This document shows, one piece after another, positions 49,653 through 62,440 of a DNA stretch of 64,000 bases; within the stretch, counting starts at the first letter, position 1, and the number at the start of each line of letters is the position of its first letter. Under the pieces are notes generated by a model. That model saw only the letters and a list, made by a program, of their open reading frames with translations. It did no database searches and was not told the DNA's origin. The DNA lies in NCBI GenBank assembly GCA_963792235.1, contig CAWBVR010000005.1, positions 70,980-134,979 on the forward strand, given 5' to 3'. The translations under genes and the position numbers were made by a program. Origin of the DNA: Vulcanimicrobiota bacterium. GTDB taxonomy: Bacteria > Vulcanimicrobiota > Vulcanimicrobiia > Vulcanimicrobiales > Vulcanimicrobiaceae.

Positions 49653-50484
49653 ATGAACGCGATGGTGAACGCCGCGGCGACGCTGCTGGTCCGGGTCGGG
49701 TGTGAGTTCGTCTACGAAACCGGTGGCCCGACGCCGGCGATTCTGCTCGTGCGCCCTGAGGATGCGGGGCACCGCGTGCGCTCCGAAGCTTGGGAAGCCG
49801 AGCCGGTCGTGGCCTACCATGATTTTCGCGACCTCTACGGCAACCGGGCGCGCCGGCTGACGCTTCCCAAGGGCGGCGCGCGCTTGCGCTACGATGCCGA
49901 CGTCGATATCTCGCCCGACCCTGCCGAGACCGACTGGAACGCGCGCCAGCTTCCCGTCGAGGAGCTTCCGGACGACACGCTCGTTTACACACTGTCCGAG
50001 CCGGTTCTGCCAGTCCGACGAGCTGTCGAACGAAGCGTGGGAACGCTTCGGCGACACCGAGCCCGGCTGGGCGCGCGTGCAGGCGATCTGCGACTGGGTG
50101 CACGGCGCGCTGGCATTTCAGTACGGCACGAGCTTTCCGAACACGTCGGCGCTGGACGCGCTGCGCGCCGGCACCGGCGTGTGCCGCGACTACGCGCACC
50201 TCGCGGTGACCTTCTGCCGCGCGCTCAACATCCCGGCGCGCTACGCGTTCGGCTACCTCCCCGACATCGACGTGCCGCCACCCACGTCGCCGATGGATTT
50301 CTGTGCGTGGTTCGAGGCGTATCTCGGCGGCCGGTGGTGGACGTTCGACCCGCGCAACAACGTGCGGCGCGTCGGGCACATCGCGATCGCGCGCGGGCGC
50401 GACGCGCTCGACACCGCGATGGTTACGACGTACGGCGATGCGAGGCTTACCGGCATGACCGTGTGGGCGGACCACGTTGCCTGA
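49653..50484 (+). CDS. Transglutaminase-like protein (frameshift near 49993)
   Basis: DLYGN, then SRFCQSD, GVCRDYAH, MDFCAWFE, FDPRNN, GRDALD in the shifted frame. Confidence 0.85.
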
Positions 50485-51325
50485 CGACGGCAACGTGCAC
50501 GTCGCCTACCTGCTACGACAGCGTTTCCGCTACGACTACCCCGGCCCCATCAGCGACCTCCGCCACCGTTTGGTGATCGCGCCGCCGCGCGAGTACGGCG
50601 ATCAGCTCGTGCTGCGCGACCGGCTCGTCATCACGCCGGACACCGCGGTGATCTGGGAGCGCGACGCCTACGGCAACGCGGTCGCGACGCTCGTCGCAAG
50701 GCGCATCGACCAGGCGCTCGACCTCGACTACGAAGCGGTGGTGCAGCGCAGCTCGCTCGCACATCCGCGCGTGCGCGCCGCCTGGCACGACGACCCGCGC
50801 CTGCACGGTCCGTCGGCGCTGACGACGCCGAACGACGCACTGCGCGACGCGGCGGCAGCGCTGCTGCGCGATCACGACGGCGACGCGTACGCGCTCGCGA
50901 CGCGCATCAACGCCTACGTGTACGAGCACATGCGCTACGTGCCCGACGTGACGAACGTCGCCACGACCGCGGCCGAAGCGTTCGCGCAAGGCACCGGCGT
51001 GTGCCAGGACTACGCGCACATCATGCTGGCGGTCGCGCGGCTCTGCGGCCTGGCGGCGCGGTACGTCTCGGGCCACCTGCTGGGCGAAGGCGGCACGCAC
51101 GCGTGGGTCGAGGTGATCGGCGAACCGCACGGCGGCGGCACCGCGCCGGCGTGGGGCTTCGACCCGACGCATCGCCGCACGACGACGCTGAGCTACGTCT
51201 TCGTCGCGGCGGGCCGCGACTTCGCCGACGTCACGCCGACATCCGGCTGCTTCGTCGCACCGTACATCGGCCGGTTCTCGACGTATCGCTCAGTGGAAGT
51301 CGTATCGGGCGAAGACGCGGCGTAA
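50477..51325 (+). CDS. Transglutaminase-like protein
   Basis: FRYDY, DAYGN, GVCQDYAH, ARYVSGH, HAWVE, FDPTH, GRDFADV. Confidence 0.9.
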   Translation: MPDDGNVHVAYLLRQRFRYDYPGPISDLRHRLVIAPPREYGDQLVLRDRLVITPDTAVIWERDAYGNAVATLVARRIDQALDLDYEAVVQRSSLAHPRVRAAWHDDPRLHGPSALTTPNDALRDAAAALLRDHDGDAYALATRINAYVYEHMRYVPDVTNVATTAAEAFAQGTGVCQDYAHIMLAVARLCGLAARYVSGHLLGEGGTHAWVEVIGEPHGGGTAPAWGFDPTHRRTTTLSYVFVAAGRDFADVTPTSGCFVAPYIGRFSTYRSVEVVSGEDAA

Positions 51326-51329
51326 GAAT

Positions 51330-52556
51330 CTAGCCGAACGCGCTCTCGCCCGTGATCGCTTGGCCCAGGATCAGCGTGTGGATTTCGCTCGTGCCTTCGT
51401 AGGTGAGCACGCTTTCCAAGTTGTTCATGTGGCGGATCACCGGGTATTCCAGCGTGATCCCGCTTGCGCCCAGGATCGTGCGCGCTTCGCGGCAGATCGC
51501 GAGCGCTTCGCGCACGTTGTTGAGCTTGCCGAACGAGACGTGCGACGAGTGCGCTTTGCCCTCGTCTTTCAAGCGGCCGATGTGCAGCGCCGTGAGCAGC
51601 CCCTTGTTGATCTCGAGCATCATGTTGACGAGCTTCTCTTGGGTGATTTGGAACGCGGCGATCGGTTTGCCGAACTGGACGCGCGTCTTCGCGTACTCGA
51701 GCGCGCTCTCGTAGCACGCGCGACCGGCGCCCAGCGCGCCCCACACGATGCCGTAGCGCGCCTCGTTGAGGCACGAGAGCGGTCCGCGCAAACCGCTGAC
51801 GTTGGGCAGCATCGCGTCGGCGGGTACGCGCACGTCTTCGAGGATCAGTTCCGACGTGACCGACGCGCGCAATGAAAGTTTGCGCTCGATGTTGCGCGTC
51901 GAGAAGCCCTTTGTGGTGGTGGGCACGACGAAGCCGCGCACAGCGCCGCTACGCGGGCCGTCATCCGGGTCGGTGCGCGCCCATACGATCGCCACGTCGG
52001 CGATACCGCCGTTGGTGATCCACGCCTTCGTGCCGTTGAGCACGTAGTCGGAGCCGGAGCGGCGCGCGACCGTGCGCATCCCGCCGGGATCGCTGCCGAA
52101 GTCGGGTTCGGTCAGGCCGAAGCATCCGATCGCCTCGCCGGCCGCCATGCGCGGCAACCAGGTCTGTTTCTGCTCCTCGGAGCCGTGCGCCCAGATTGCG
52201 TACATCGCGAGCGAGCCTTGTACGGAGACGAACGAGCGGAAGCCCGAGTCGCCCGCTTCGAGCTCGAGGCAGGCCAGTCCGTACGCGACCGCGCTCGTGC
52301 CGGCGCAGCCGTAACCGTGTAAGTGCATGCCGAGCAGGCCCAGGTCGCCGAGCTCCTTGGCCATCGCGCGCGGGAACGTGTGGTCCTCGAACCAGCCCGC
52401 GATGTGGGGCAGCACGCGGTTGCGAACGAACGCGCGCACGGTGTCGCGGATCAATCGCTCGTCGTCCGTGAGCAGCGCGTCGATCCCGAGGAAGTCGTTG
52501 GCGGAGGGCGCGGGGACGGTCGCGCGGTGCGTGTCGGGGTTCGCGGTCGTGCTCAT
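51330..52556 (-). CDS. Acyl-CoA dehydrogenase (glutaryl-CoA dehydrogenase-like)
   Basis: EAGDSGFRSFVSVQGSL, CFGLTEPDFGSD, KLSLRAS, TYEGTSEIH. Confidence 0.92.
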   Translation of the reverse strand: MSTTANPDTHRATVPAPSANDFLGIDALLTDDERLIRDTVRAFVRNRVLPHIAGWFEDHTFPRAMAKELGDLGLLGMHLHGYGCAGTSAVAYGLACLELEAGDSGFRSFVSVQGSLAMYAIWAHGSEEQKQTWLPRMAAGEAIGCFGLTEPDFGSDPGGMRTVARRSGSDYVLNGTKAWITNGGIADVAIVWARTDPDDGPRSGAVRGFVVPTTTKGFSTRNIERKLSLRASVTSELILEDVRVPADAMLPNVSGLRGPLSCLNEARYGIVWGALGAGRACYESALEYAKTRVQFGKPIAAFQITQEKLVNMMLEINKGLLTALHIGRLKDEGKAHSSHVSFGKLNNVREALAICREARTILGASGITLEYPVIRHMNNLESVLTYEGTSEIHTLILGQAITGESAFG

Positions 52557-52682
52557 GACGGTGGTTTCGGGAGGTGCCGGTTCCCCTCCCGGCTACGTGC
52601 CGGCTGCGCGCCGGCGCGCGCTTCGTGCGGCATCGCGCAAAGTCGCGCAGGGCGCGCCCGAAGGGCAGCCGTAGCACGCCGC

Positions 52683-54044
52683 ATGCTCCGCCAACTTGCT
52701 GCGACGCTTATCGCCTCGTGCGGCCTCACGCTGCTCGGTGCGGCTCCCGCGCCAACCTCGTCGGGCGCGACCGTTCCGGTCGCCTACCGCACGCTCCCGA
52801 ACGGCCTGCGCGTCGTGGTGTCCGAAGACCACACGCTGCCCGTCGTCACCGTGATGCTGTATTACGGCATCGGCTTTCGCATCGAGCCGAAGAGCCGCAC
52901 CGGCTTCGCGCACCTCTTCGAGCACTTGATGTTCCAGACGTCGCGCGATCTGCCCAAGCTCGGCTTCATCAAGCTGGTCGAAGGCAACGGCGGCGAGCTC
53001 AACGGCAGCACGCGGCTGGACTACACGAACTTCTACGAGATCGTGCCGTCGAACGCGCTCGAGCCGATCCTGTGGGCCGAATCGAATCGCATGGGCGGGC
53101 TGACGTTCACCGCGGCGGGGCTGAAGAACCAGCAAGACGTCGTCAAGAGCGAGGTGCGCGTCAACGTGATCAACGCGCCGTACGGCGGCTTCCCGTGGCT
53201 GACCGTGCCGCAATATGCGTTCTCCAACTTCTACAACGCGCACAACTTCTACGGCGACCTGCATGACATCGACGCGGCGACGAATGCCGACGCGCTCAAA
53301 TTCTACAAGACGTACTACCGCCCCAACAACGCTGCGCTGGCGATCGTCGGCGACGTGACGCCGGAGACGGCGTTCGCGCTGGTGCAGAAGTACTTCGGGA
53401 AGATTCCGTCCGCGCCGGTTCCCAAGAGCCCCGACGTCCGCGAGGCGCCGCAAACCGCCGAGCGGCACGCCGCGGTCGTCGACCAGCTCGCGCCGCGCCC
53501 AGCGCTTGCGCTGTCGTACCGGATGCCCGCGCGCGAAACCGACGCGTTCTACGCGATGGACGTGCTGCGCACGCTGCTCGCGGGCGGCAACGACAGCCTG
53601 TTGTACAAACGCCTGGTCGTCGCCGATCGCCTCACGGGCTCGGTGGGGTCGTCGATCCATTCGCTGGGCAACCTCTACAACGTCACGGGGCCGACGACGT
53701 TGGATATGTGGCTGTTCCACGACCCCGACAAGACCACCGCGCAGATCGCCGCTGCCGTCGACGATGAGATCGCAAAGGTGCGCCGTGACGGCGTGCCGCC
53801 CGACCTGCTGCAGCGCGTGCTCGCGCGCGAGCGCTCCAACCTGTACGACCAGCTCGGCAACACCGAGTCGCGGGCCGACATCCTCGCCGCGTTCGCGCTG
53901 TTCGACAACCAGCCGCAGAAGATCAACGGTATCGACGCGCGGTTCCGCGCCATCACCCCCGAGCTGCTGAAGCGCACCGCCGATACCTATCTCGTCCCGT
54001 CCAACCGCACGATCGTCGAGATCAAAACGAAGGAGCAGAAGTGA
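52683..54044 (+). CDS. M16B zinc peptidase, catalytic subunit (secreted)
   Basis: Signal peptide, LPNGLRV, inverted zincin HLFEH, FYKTYYRPNNA. Confidence 0.92.
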   Translation: MLRQLAATLIASCGLTLLGAAPAPTSSGATVPVAYRTLPNGLRVVVSEDHTLPVVTVMLYYGIGFRIEPKSRTGFAHLFEHLMFQTSRDLPKLGFIKLVEGNGGELNGSTRLDYTNFYEIVPSNALEPILWAESNRMGGLTFTAAGLKNQQDVVKSEVRVNVINAPYGGFPWLTVPQYAFSNFYNAHNFYGDLHDIDAATNADALKFYKTYYRPNNAALAIVGDVTPETAFALVQKYFGKIPSAPVPKSPDVREAPQTAERHAAVVDQLAPRPALALSYRMPARETDAFYAMDVLRTLLAGGNDSLLYKRLVVADRLTGSVGSSIHSLGNLYNVTGPTTLDMWLFHDPDKTTAQIAAAVDDEIAKVRRDGVPPDLLQRVLARERSNLYDQLGNTESRADILAAFALFDNQPQKINGIDARFRAITPELLKRTADTYLVPSNRTIVEIKTKEQK

Positions 54045-55426
54045 TCCGCCGCCAGTTCACGCTCGCGCTCGCAGCGCTCGTCGCGCTGCCCAGCGCCGCG
54101 TTCGCGCAGCACATGCCGCCAAAGGCCGCCGCGCCGCGCCCGGTGACGATCCCCGCGGCAACGAACTACACGCTTGCCAACGGGATGCGCGTGACGCTCG
54201 TGCCGTTCGGCACGATCCCCAAATCCACCGCGTATCTCGTGACCGAATTCGGCGGCAACGACGAGTCCGCCGCCGACACGGGCGCTGCGACGCTCGCCGC
54301 GCGGATGTTGCCGGAAGGCACGGCCACGCAAACCGCCGACCAGCTTTCCGCGCGCGCGTCGCTCGACGGCGGTGCGCTGCGCACCGGCACCGGCGCGACG
54401 ACGTCGTACGTTGGCATGGACGCGCTCAGCGAACGCACCGCCGACGCCATCGCGCTCGTCGGCGACGTGGCGCGCGCGCCGGCGTTTCCCGACGCCGCGT
54501 TCGCGCGCATCACCGCGAACCTGCTGCGCGGCAACGCCGTCGCGCGCGGGCGCGCGCAAGTCGTGGCGATGCAGCGGTGGAACGGTGCACTCTTCCCGGG
54601 CACCGCGTTCGGCCGCTCGCTGATCGACGACGCCGCGATCAAAGCCGCGACCGCCGGCGGCGTGCGCGCGTTCTACCAGCGCAATGCCGGTGCCGCGCGC
54701 TCGCACCTGTACGTGATCGGCCGGTTCGACGACGCGGCGGTGCGCGGCGCGGTCGACGCCGCGTTCGGCAGCTGGGCGGCGGGGCCGGCGCGCCCATCGC
54801 GAACGGCACTCGCATACGCGGCTCCTGCGCGCGTGTTCATCGACCGTCCTGGCGCCGTGCAGTCGACGATCTTCGTCGGCACGCGCGTGCCGCCCGCGAC
54901 GGACAAGGACCGCATCGCGATCGCGGTCGCCGATACGCTGCTGGGCGGCGCGTTCGCGTCGCGGATCACGCAGAACATCCGCGAGGCGAAGGGCTACACC
55001 TACAGCCCGGGCAGCTCGGTCAGCGAGTACCCCGCGAACAGCGCGTGGTTCGAGGCCGCCGACGTGACGACCAACGTCACCGGCGCTGCGCTCACCGAGA
55101 TCTTCAAGGAAGTGAATCGCCTCGGCTCCGAGCAGCCGCCGCAAGCCGAGGTGGACGCGACCGAACGGTATCTCACCGGCTCGTTCGTGCTGGGCCTCTC
55201 GACGCGGTTCAACGTACTCAGCAACCTCTGGCAGCTCGACGAGCTGGGCCTGCCGCCGACGGCCCTGTCGAACTACGTGACCGACGTGCGCGCGGTGACC
55301 GCCGCCGACATCAGCCGGGTGGTGAAGACATACCTCGTCCCCGACAAGATGACGCTGGTGGTCGTGGGCGATAAGAAAGCCGTCGCGTCGCAGCTGACAC
55401 CGTTCGGAACGTTCGAAGGGCTGTAG
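54041..55426 (+). CDS. M16B peptidase, non-catalytic partner subunit
   Basis: LANGMRV, no HxxEH, LGGAFASRITQNIREAKGYTY. Confidence 0.9.
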   Translation: MIRRQFTLALAALVALPSAAFAQHMPPKAAAPRPVTIPAATNYTLANGMRVTLVPFGTIPKSTAYLVTEFGGNDESAADTGAATLAARMLPEGTATQTADQLSARASLDGGALRTGTGATTSYVGMDALSERTADAIALVGDVARAPAFPDAAFARITANLLRGNAVARGRAQVVAMQRWNGALFPGTAFGRSLIDDAAIKAATAGGVRAFYQRNAGAARSHLYVIGRFDDAAVRGAVDAAFGSWAAGPARPSRTALAYAAPARVFIDRPGAVQSTIFVGTRVPPATDKDRIAIAVADTLLGGAFASRITQNIREAKGYTYSPGSSVSEYPANSAWFEAADVTTNVTGAALTEIFKEVNRLGSEQPPQAEVDATERYLTGSFVLGLSTRFNVLSNLWQLDELGLPPTALSNYVTDVRAVTAADISRVVKTYLVPDKMTLVVVGDKKAVASQLTPFGTFEGL

Positions 55427-55438
55427 CTCTGGGCCGGT

Positions 55439-55465
55439 GACGCGGCCGTTTCGAACGGCCGCGTC
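55439..55465. terminator. Hairpin after the M16 operon
   Basis: GACGCGGCCGTT-TCG-AACGGCCGCGTC, 12-bp perfect stem. Confidence 0.6.
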
Positions 55466-55506
55466 CCTTGTTGACTACGCAGACCGCGTGATACGGTAGG
55501 CGTGGA

Positions 55507-56070
55507 ATGGTTGAAACGGAGATTCCGCGCTGGCTCGCCGCGCTGGACCAAGAGCCGCCGTACACCGAAGTCCTCGGCGGCGAGATGCTGCCGGACGTGA
55601 GCCCGTACGATGTTCACGGGCAGCTCGCGGTGCGCATCGGGGCGCAATTGGACGATTGGGCGGACGACAGCGGCAGCGTCGGCGTGGAAGTCCGGTTCTA
55701 TTTCTTGCATGCGGACGGCACATGGTCGTCGCTGCTGCCCGATGTCAAGTACACGTCGTTCGCCCGCGTGCCGAACAGCATGGCCGACACGTCGCAGCGG
55801 CCGCGCGTCGCGCCGGATATCGCCGTCGAAATCCTTTCGCCGGGGGATCGTCCCGGGCGCATGCGCCGCAAGATCGACACGTACTTCACGTTCGGCGCTA
55901 CGCTGGTTCTCGTGGTGCACCCGGTGAAGCGCCGCGTTTGGCTGCACCGCGCGGACGGAACCGTCGAAGAGCGTGATGCGCGCCAAACGTGGGCGCTGCC
56001 GCCGTTCGACGGCTTGGTCCTGGACTGGGAAAAGATCTACCGCGGCATCGACACGGGCGTCAGTGGATGA
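55507..56070 (+). CDS. Uma2 family (PD-(D/E)XK) endonuclease-like protein
   Basis: EVLGG, LPDV, APDIAVEILSPGD, KIDTYF..G. Confidence 0.88.
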   Translation: MVETEIPRWLAALDQEPPYTEVLGGEMLPDVSPYDVHGQLAVRIGAQLDDWADDSGSVGVEVRFYFLHADGTWSSLLPDVKYTSFARVPNSMADTSQRPRVAPDIAVEILSPGDRPGRMRRKIDTYFTFGATLVLVVHPVKRRVWLHRADGTVEERDARQTWALPPFDGLVLDWEKIYRGIDTGVSG

Positions 56071-56515
56071 TGTAGCGGTCCGCCGTCGTGGGCGCGGGCG
56101 GCACGGAGGCTGAGTCGCACAGCGGCTGCGGGTGGGACTGGTCGGCCGGCGGCCCCTGCGCGCCGTCCAGGAAGCGCGGGTCACCGCCAATCGACATGTC
56201 GAGCACGTCATCCGTCTCCAGGCGCGCGAGGCGCGATGTGACGCGCGTGTGGAGAGCGTATGCCGGCCCGCCATCCACGCTGACGAGGTAGCGGCCGGGT
56301 TCGAGGCCGACGCGCGTGAAACGCCCATGCGAATCGGTGGTCAGGCGCACGAACGTGTCGTCGTCAAGCCGATGCAGCGTCACCCGAGCCGACGTCATCG
56401 GCAGATGGTTCGCGCAGATGTAGGCGACGCCGCGGATGGTCGCCGGCCCTTGCGCCGAGGCGAGCGCGGGAACGATCAGCGCCGCGAGCGTGGCAAGCGC
56501 GGCAATTCGTTGCAT
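56060..56515 (-). CDS. Secreted carboxypeptidase-regulatory-like (prealbumin-fold) domain protein
   Basis: Signal peptide ASA-Q, TTDSHGRF...LEPGRYLVSV. Confidence 0.7.
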   Translation of the reverse strand: MQRIAALATLAALIVPALASAQGPATIRGVAYICANHLPMTSARVTLHRLDDDTFVRLTTDSHGRFTRVGLEPGRYLVSVDGGPAYALHTRVTSRLARLETDDVLDMSIGGDPRFLDGAQGPPADQSHPQPLCDSASVPPAPTTADRYIIH

Positions 56516-56530
56516 GTTCGTTTCAACGCG

Positions 56531-57817
56531 TCACGCGGCGAGCCGCGTTTCACTCAGCTCTTCGAGGCTCTTGCCGCGCGTCTCGTCGCCCAGCACGAGC
56601 ACCACCAGCGCGCCGGCCAGCATCACGCACGCGAACACGACGAACACCGAGTACGGCGAACCGAACCGGAACAGACAGCGCGCCCACGAGCGCCGGCCCG
56701 AACGCGCCGACCAGGCGGCCCGCGCCGGCCGCGAGGCCCGCGCCGCTCGCGCGGATCGCCGTCGGATACTGCTCGGGCGTGTACGTGTACGTCACGCCCC
56801 ACGCGCCGAGGTTGAAGAACGCGATCACCGCGCCCCAGCCGATCACCGCGGCCACCGACGGCTGCGCCGCGAGCGTCGCGCCCGCGAAGAAGAACGAGCC
56901 GACCGCCGCGCACGCGAGGAACGCGACCAGCGTCGGCTTGCGGCCCGACGCCGGTCGACCAGCGCCGCCGCCGCGTAGTAGCCGGGGATCTGGAAGACGG
57001 CGATCGCGAGGTTGAGCCACAGCGCCTCGCGCAGCGTGAAGCCCTTCGCGAGCAGCAGCGACGGCAGCCACGTGAAGATGCCGTAGTACGACACGACGAG
57101 CGCGATCCACAGCAGCCACAGCATCACGGTCCGCTTCGCGAAGCGCCGCGCGAAGAGCGCGCGCAGCGTCACGCGCGGCGCCTGCGACGGCGCTTCGTTC
57201 GCGATGCCGGCGATGCGCGCGACCTCGCGCGCTTCCGCCGCGCGACCGCTCGCGAGCAAGAACCGCGGCGACTCCGGGATCGCGCGCCGGATCACGAACA
57301 CGTACAGCGCGGGCAGCACACCGATCAGCAGCGCGACGCGCCAGCCCGCCCGCGGAACCACGACGGCGCCGATCAGCGCGGCGAGCACCGTGCCGTAGGC
57401 CCAGAAGCTTTCGAGCAGCACGATCGTGCGGCCGCGCCGTTCCTTCGGCGCGAACTCGCTGACCAGCGTGCTCGCGACGGGGAGCTCGCCGCCGAGGCCG
57501 ACGCCCGCGACGAACCGGATCAGCGCGAGCGACAGCGCCGACCACGCCAGCGCCGACACGCCGGTCAGCAAGCTGTACGCGAGCAGCGTCCACGTGAACA
57601 CCGCCTTGCGCCCGAACCGGTCGGCGACGATCCCGCTCAGCGCGGCGCCCACGAACATCCCGAGCAGATTGGCCGTGATGATCCAGCCTCGGACCGACGG
57701 CGATAGGTCCCATTCGCGGCCGACCGCGGCGACGACCGTGCCGACGAGCAGCAGGTCCATCGCATCGAACAGCCAGCCGCCGCCGGCGGCCAGGAGGAGC
57801 TTGCGTTGAAACGTCAT
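56531..57817 (-). CDS. MFS transporter, NiaP-like (niacin uptake candidate); two frameshifts near 56950 and 56675
   Basis: GWLFDAMD, ADRFGRK, GLGGELPVASTLVSE, LLESFWA, IPESPRF, YTPEQYPT, ETRGKSLE; downstream of a NadQ-like gene and operator. Confidence 0.8.
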
Positions 57818-58721
57818 TTCGATCCAGGGTTTATACTCAGTCCGAGTATATTCCTCTCGGCGACGACGTCGCGGCGGAAGCGGTAGAGCGCCGCCGGGCG
57901 CCCCGGTCCCTCGGTCGCCCGCTCGCCGGTCGGCTCCACCAGATTGCCGTCGACGACCAGCCGCCGGAAGTTGCCCTTGTGCAGGCGCATGCCGGCCAGC
58001 GCTTCGACCGTCCGCTGCAGCTGGAACAGCGTGAACGACGCGGGCAGCAGCTCGAACACGACCGGCCGGTAGCGCAGCGCGCCTCGGACGCGGCCGATGG
58101 CGGTCGCGAGGATGCGGCGGTGGTCGAGCGCCATCGGCTCGCCGAGCGTCAGCCGGCCCGGCGCGCGTGACTCGGCGACGAGCCCGATCTCCCAGAACAG
58201 CTCGTACCGCTCCAGCACCAGCTCCGGATTCCAGGCGACGCGGCGCGTGCCGGTGCAGCGCCGCGCGCGCCGTTCGCGCGCTTTGCGCTCGTCGCCGCTC
58301 GCCGATGCCGCGATCCATGCGTCGACCGCGGGAGCACGACCTCGTCGACGAGCGGCGGCCGGCCCGCGCGCCAGTCTTCCCACGGAAAGTACGCGTACCA
58401 GTCGCGCCAGCGCGCGTCCGCGCTGCCGCTCGGCGCGCTCTCGCGCACGAACGCGAGGTACGAGATCGACAGCATGCGCGGGCCGCCGGGGCGGCGCGGG
58501 TCGCGGTCGCGGTCGCCGAACGTGTACAGCTGCTCCGCGTGACCGAGCTCGAGCTGCGTCTGCTCGGTGACCCAGCGCCGCAGCCCCATCTCCAGCGTCG
58601 CATCGGCCGCGGGGTCGAACGGCCCGGCGGGCAGCGCTTCGCCGGGGAGGCGCACGAGCACGCGCGGCTCGTCCTCGGAGACGGCGACGATCACGGCGTC
58701 GAGCGCGACGGCGAGCTCCAC
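57814..58721 (-). CDS. NadQ/NrtR-type Nudix-like NAD regulator (frameshift near 58325)
   Basis: [66 protein letters not shown]. Confidence 0.82.
57831..57851. promoter_or_regulatory. NadQ-type operator
   Basis: TTATACTCAGTCCGAGTATAT: palindrome TATACTC-N5-GAGTATA, 13 bp upstream of the transporter ATG. Confidence 0.8.
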
Positions 58722-58806
58722 CCCGCGCCGGTTCGCGCGCCGCGCGCGGCGTCCCGCGGCATGCAAGCGTGGTTGCGGCCGCTGCAAATCGGGCATCCGT
58801 CTCGCG

Positions 58807-60972
<2,166 letters not shown>

Positions 60973-61015
60973 CCCTCAAAACGCCGGGGTCCGTGGAGCG
61001 CCGCGGGCCTCGGCC

Positions 61016-61044
61016 TTGACGTCCTTGCGGTGGTCCTGTAGACT
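61016..61044 (+). promoter_or_regulatory. Sigma70 promoter of the rplC operon
   Basis: TTGACG-17 bp-TAGACT. Confidence 0.75.
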
Positions 61045-61146
61045 ATGGCGGTTGTGGTCCACTCTGCGCGCGCCCTTTTCGGCGCTCGCGGTGAAGGTGT
61101 AGGAGATACGCCAGGACCCGTGGATATCCGTAAGGGATCGATCAAC

Positions 61147-61780
61147 GTGAAGAACATCATCGGCCGCAAGGTCGGGATGACCAGCGTGTTCACGGAGGAC
61201 GGCCGGAGCGTTCCGGTCACCGTGATCCAAGCCGGTCCGTGCACCGTGGTACAGAAGAAGACGAAAGACACCGACGGCTACGAAGCCGTCGCGCTGGCGT
61301 TCGGCGACATCAAACCGTCGCGGCTCACCAAAGCGCTCCAGGGACACTACAAGAGGGCCGGTCTCGCGCCCAAGCGCGACATCCGCGAGTTTCGCACGGG
61401 CATCGACGGCATCGAGCTCGGCGCGACCGTGACGGTCGACGGCTTCGCGCAAGGCGACCGCGTCGACGTGCAGGGCATCTCGAAAGGCCACGGCTTCGCC
61501 GGCGGCATCAAGCGCCACAACTTCTCCGGCGGCGGTGCGAGCCACGGCTCGATGATCCATCGCCAGCCCGGTTCGAACGGCGACACCAACGCGGGCCACA
61601 CGCCCAAGGGTTCGCGCCGTCCGGGTCACTACGGCGTCGACAAGATCACCCATCAGAATCTTGGAAGTGGTGCGCGCCGACACCGAGCGCAATCTGCTGC
61701 TCGTGCGCGGTCCGGTGCCGGGGCCCAAGAACGGGCTCGTCATCGTGCAGCAGTCCGTCAAGACGAAGGTGAGCGCGTAA
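61147..61780 (+). CDS. rplC: 50S ribosomal protein L3 (frameshift near 61662)
   Basis: [37 protein letters not shown]. Confidence 0.93.
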
Positions 61781-62440
61781 TGGCTCAAGTCATCGACGCG
61801 CAGGGCAAGGTCGTGCGCGAGCAAGAGACGCCCGCCGCGTTCAGCGGTTCGACCGACGGCAAGGCCAACGCGATCTATCGCGCGGTCTTCCGCGAGCTCG
61901 CCAACCCGCGCGCCGGCACCGCGTCCACCAAGAAGCGCGACGAAGTGCGCGGCGGCGGCCGCAAGCCGTGGCGCCAGAAGGGCACCGGCCGCGCCCGCCA
62001 GGGTTCGATCCGTTCGCCGCAGTGGGCGCACGGCGGCGTGGTCTTCGGACCGCAGCCCCGCTCGTACATCTCGTCGCTCAACAAGAAAGAACGCCGCGCC
62101 GCGATGCGCGCCGCGCTCGCCGACAAGTTCCAGCACGGCGGCATCACCGTGCTCGACACGACGTCGCTCGACGTCACCAAGACCAAAGCGTTCGCGACGC
62201 TGCTGTTCGGTTCGCCCAAGGCGGCGAAGACCGGCGTGAAAACGCTCGTCGTGTTCGCGACCGAGGAGCTCGCGAACGTCGGGACGCCGCTGCGCCGCGC
62301 CGGCGCGAACCTGCCCAAGGTCGCGGTCACGCACACGGGCGAGCTCGACGTGAAGGACGTGGTCGGTTACGCCCGCGTCGATCCTCACTACCGCCGCGCA
62401 CGACGCGCTCGTCGGCAAGTACACCAAGGAGTCGAAGTAG
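61780..62440 (+). CDS. rplD: 50S ribosomal protein L4 (frameshift near 62378)
   Basis: [31 protein letters not shown]. Confidence 0.93.

Noticed and set aside
55507-56070. Uma2 nuclease as a defence system
   Set aside because: Solitary Uma2 genes are common, and no methylase or other defence partner is adjacent
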